DNA of 64,000 bases from assembly GCF_001447785.1 (NCBI RefSeq), contig NW_015164181.1:2082891-2146890 (forward strand), given 5' to 3'. Every line of letters begins with the position of its first letter. The stretch's first letter is position 1. Source of the stretch: Gekko japonicus. Lineage: Eukaryota. Both the position numbers and the translations under genes were made by a program. Shown here piece after piece: positions 62,451-64,000 of the stretch. The notes under the pieces were generated by a model. The model did not search any database and was not told the origin of the DNA. It saw only the letters and a program-made list of their open reading frames with translations.

Positions 62451-64000
62451 ACTTCCTCTTTTGGAATGCACAAACCATTTTCCTTACTCTAAAAAAGGGC
62501 ACCCTATACCTAAGCATGTTTCCGATAATACGATCTTGGAATCTCTTGGAAGCTTATTGTGGCTTGCCATGAAATGAACATGGCCCATCTAAACGTGCTG
62601 CCAATAGGTAACTGTCAGATTGCCTGCAGATTTCAGTAAGCCCAGTTGGCAAAGGCAGCAGTTTTTATGAAGGTGACTGCTCTTGGTCATTCCAGCTGCA
62701 TTGCTTTTGTGTGTGCACCTTCCTTTATTCTCCTCTGCAACACACACACACACACATACTGTGAGCATTATGGTCTGTATAGGGTTTGCGCTACATGGTC
62801 AAGAGAATTGCCTAGAAAATTCACAGCTGCTGTCATTTTCCAAGATTCCTTTAAGCTGGCACCGGGGACAGAATGAGAAGGGGAGCTCCAACCGGCACAG
62901 AGCCGTTTTTATTAACCAGGCAGCCATCGTTCTTCTGACCTTGCTGTGGGTTAAAGGACGTGGATCTGAGGAGAAATCTGTTTATCATGTGCGGAATTCA
63001 TGCCATCCCTGACAGTGTACAGTGAACAAGATGGATGATCTGCCAAATTGGTCCCTCGCATGGGTGCATCAGGGCAAATTTACAGTACCGCTTCTTCGGC
63101 TGCTCCAGTACAAAAATAACATTTGGTTGGGCCTTGGATGCAGCTGCACAGCGACCTGGGGCTAAGCAGAGAAAAGAAATTAGATCTGCGGTGTCCTTAT
63201 TGCCTTAAAGATTACATGAGGGCTGAGGTGGCTCTTTTTAATATGTCTTTCTCCTCTGCATCTTTCATAAGCACCCCCTTCATTTAAAAAAAAAACAATG
63301 AAATGCAATTACTTGAACTGAGAGAAGCTTTTGTGGGAATGCCAAAGCTCCTGTTCCCTACATACGATGTGGTGTTTTCTTTAAAAACGAGTCTCAGTGA
63401 TTTTTTTCCAAATAATTTTGGTTTGTTATAATGGTTCCTTACTTTACCTATTGCATTGCTGCGTTCACTACTGTTCGCAAGGGACTTTGAACCTCCAAGG
63501 AACAATACAGGGAAGGTTGCACTGGGTTTCCAGAAGGAAGGGAAGGTTTTTTGGCTGGTGGGGCAAACATTTTTCTGGTGGGCCTGGTGGGGGCTGCCAT
63601 TATTTTTATGGCAGCTCCAGTCTGCCCCCAAGCCCAGTTGCTGGCGGCCACCCCCTCCCTCCCCTCCTGCAAGATTGGCAGGGAGCACGTGGCCTGCCAA
63701 TCAGCTGGAGGGCCCTGTAAATCTTGTAGGAGGGAGGGAGAGGTGCCCATGCCATCCCCCGCTTCTTCTCAAAAGCATCCAAAGGATCCCTTTAAATCTT
63801 CTTCTAAAAAAGCTGCTTCTCAAAAAAATCTTGTGGGGCTGGCCCTTTAAGGCAGAACCCCCAGTAGCCTCACTGTAGCTATAGGCCAGGTCAAACGGTG
63901 TTCTGGGGAATCTTGAGATCCCTTCCAAGCTTATCAGGAGCTCACCACTGTGAACATAGGCAGTGGCAGATGTGCCAGAATTCTCAAGGACAATGCCGTA

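Overview
Vertebrate (squamate, probably gecko, judged from the Sauria SINE/BovB/CR1/Penelope/hAT repeat mix) genomic DNA spanning the middle of CUX1 (Cut-like homeobox 1 / CDP; the N-terminal exons are shared with CASP) on the + strand. I traced twelve GT-AG coding exons. They match human exons 9-20 by sequence, size and phase (exon numbering is recalled from human, not looked up): 49, 105, 189, 59, 49, 100, 672, 66, 102, 818, 166 and 57 bp, totalling 2432 nt in one open frame. They encode the end of the coiled-coil, CUT repeat 1 and CUT repeat 2. Exon 21 onward (CUT3, homeodomain) and the CASP-specific exons are not in the window; the last ~18.8 kb is intron 20. The introns are rich in LINE fragments (CR1, BovB/RTE, RTE-X-like, L2, L1), tRNA- and 5S-derived SINEs, hAT and Harbinger-like MITEs with target-site duplications (TSDs), and Penelope-like relics carrying hammerhead ribozyme motifs. 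The most notable observations are: a sense-strand hammerhead whose 3' half is covered by its own upstream inverted arm; inverted MITE pairs bracketing exons 18-20, which would form a stop-free circle; the exon 9-11 circle; a candidate unannotated poison/terminal exon in intron 16; a TSD-flanked internal L1 fragment; and a triple-nested TE cluster in intron 20. Repeat boundaries without TSDs are approximate. There are five assembly gaps. No prokaryotic-type systems are present.
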